A stretch of 63,421 nucleotides of DNA, filler included, from Aduncisulcus paluster (lineage: Eukaryota), in NCBI GenBank assembly GCA_024181965.1. It is 6 parts of 6 records of this genome, joined end to end, with 100 filler letters (N's around TTAATTAATTAA, not from the genome) between each part and the next. Parts side by side here need not be neighbours in the genome. Positions count along the whole stretch, not along the records: positions 61,624 to 63,421 come from BQXS01012605.1; 5 more parts are not named here. The stretch is one strand, 5' to 3'. Both the position numbers and the translations under genes were made by a program. Below are positions 62,398-63,421 of this stretch, in pieces (within the stretch, counting starts at the first letter, position 1; each line of letters begins with the position of its first letter). The notes beneath the pieces are model-generated. The model was given only the letters and a program-made list of their open reading frames with translations, was not told the DNA's origin and did no database searches.

Positions 62398-62712
62398 TGG
62401 GTCTGACCCATTAAGGTATAGAGAATCCTCACTCTTTTTTCCTTGGGCCAAACATATGGGGGGCAGGGTGGGTCGGACCCATGGTCAAATATTGTGTCCG
62501 ACCCAAAAATAAGTTCGTTGTGTGGGCTACGCTGAGAAGCACAAGTTGTGCCACGAAATTTGTGGGGTGGAGACTCTCCCATAGAACAGATCGGATCTAT
62601 TAGTATACTATTGACTCCGAGAGGAGTGGCTAGCAAATTTATTATGAATAAAAGTTATCGGCAGGAGACGGTCATATTGCCGGTGGCATGATAGTCCATC
62701 AATACTATGCAT
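62398..62712 (+). ncRNA. Candidate ~310-nt structured RNA
   Basis: Back-to-back hairpins, a GAGA tetraloop, G-U pairs on the + strand, long-range stem 62455-62463/62575-62583. Confidence 0.5.
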
Positions 62713-62800
62713 ATTCAGTAGATAATCAAATATTTTTACAATTTATTTTCGTTTTAAAGGAGGGAGCAATGTACACGATATTCTTTTCTCGCCAGTAGCC

Positions 62801-63352
62801 TCAGCAATTGTCGTAAATTTGGGAATTGCGAGTTGTGAACCCCATTCTACGATCGCCGATCCATTTCGATTTATCAGGTTTTTCGATGAGAGGTTTTTCG
62901 TGGTATGGTTCGCGAGATAACATTGAAGTCTGCTCCATCTTAATATCACGTTTGCCCCAATCATTTGAGAGTGTTGTGTCAAAAGTTGGTCCTAAATCGT
63001 CAACACGGGCAAATCTTTTTTCAAACGCATCCAAGGACTCTTTAACCAGGTATCCATCGCTATTTTGGATGCTTGGATTCGGTTCCATTTGAGAATAATG
63101 ATGAAGTCTATCCTGAAGTCTTCTCTGACGAATAGCTTTTGATTGACGGATTGTACGATTTACAATCGCAGTATCTTCTCTAATAGTTTCTAGATCACTT
63201 GTGTATGGACGTTTTGGCCTTACGTCCCCTCGATATTCCCTTTTGGGCACTCGCTCTCTCAAGTCCTGGGATATTCTTTCCTTTGCCGACATTTTAATAA
63301 AATCTTCCGCATTTATCCCCTGAATTGTAGGTAAAGCACGGCGGGTCCCCAT
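62801..63352 (-). CDS. Hypothetical protein; may extend beyond the window end
   Basis: 183-aa ORF with coding-like composition. Confidence 0.65.
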   Translation of the reverse strand: MGTRRALPTIQGINAEDFIKMSAKERISQDLRERVPKREYRGDVRPKRPYTSDLETIREDTAIVNRTIRQSKAIRQRRLQDRLHHYSQMEPNPSIQNSDGYLVKESLDAFEKRFARVDDLGPTFDTTLSNDWGKRDIKMEQTSMLSREPYHEKPLIEKPDKSKWIGDRRMGFTTRNSQIYDNC

Positions 63353-63421
63353 TCTACCAGTTTGTCTGAAAGTATCAGCAATTGAAAGAGGTTCTTTCTG
63401 TGAAGATCTAAATTCTGAAGG

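Noticed and set aside
62532..62558. Hammerhead ribozyme (CTGAGAA...GAAA)
   Set aside because: Core is not CUGANGA, there are extra bases before GAAA, and stems I/III are not formed.
1..63421. CRISPR array, tRNA or rRNA genes
   Set aside because: No regularly spaced repeat-spacer array, cloverleaf with T-loop consensus, or extended rRNA similarity seen.

Overview
AT-rich, gene-dense, intron-poor eukaryotic DNA using the standard genetic code. The gene content (PPi-type PEPCK, an expanded kinase family with a 'DGGKYK..V...EVF.GL' tail, giant Cys-rich LRR surface proteins, GTATGT introns) suggests a free-living anaerobic metamonad/fornicate protist such as Aduncisulcus; this is inference from recall, not a database result. 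The window is six unrelated contigs joined by artificial 100-bp N44-TTAATTAATTAA-N44 spacers, so gene neighbourhood only means something within a contig. Four 20-N gaps and three exact tandem duplications split real genes. Recognisable genes: histone H4, a disrupted Ras-like GTPase, PPAT/CoaD, an S28 peptidase, a ~2,070-aa coiled-coil protein with a MAP65/ASE1-like C-terminus, PPi-PEPCK, several kinases/pseudokinases, a >2,800-aa LRR/EGF-like protein and a decayed CACTA/EnSpm-like transposase. The most interesting unexplained signals are ORF-free, GC-richer islands folding into dense G-U-containing stems on the + strand (about 4611-5144, 62067-62212, 62398-62712), which I could not match to any RNA family. 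The first is preceded by a perfect 36-nt copy of a neighbouring gene's coding sequence. H4 also carries a metazoan-type histone 3' stem-loop.
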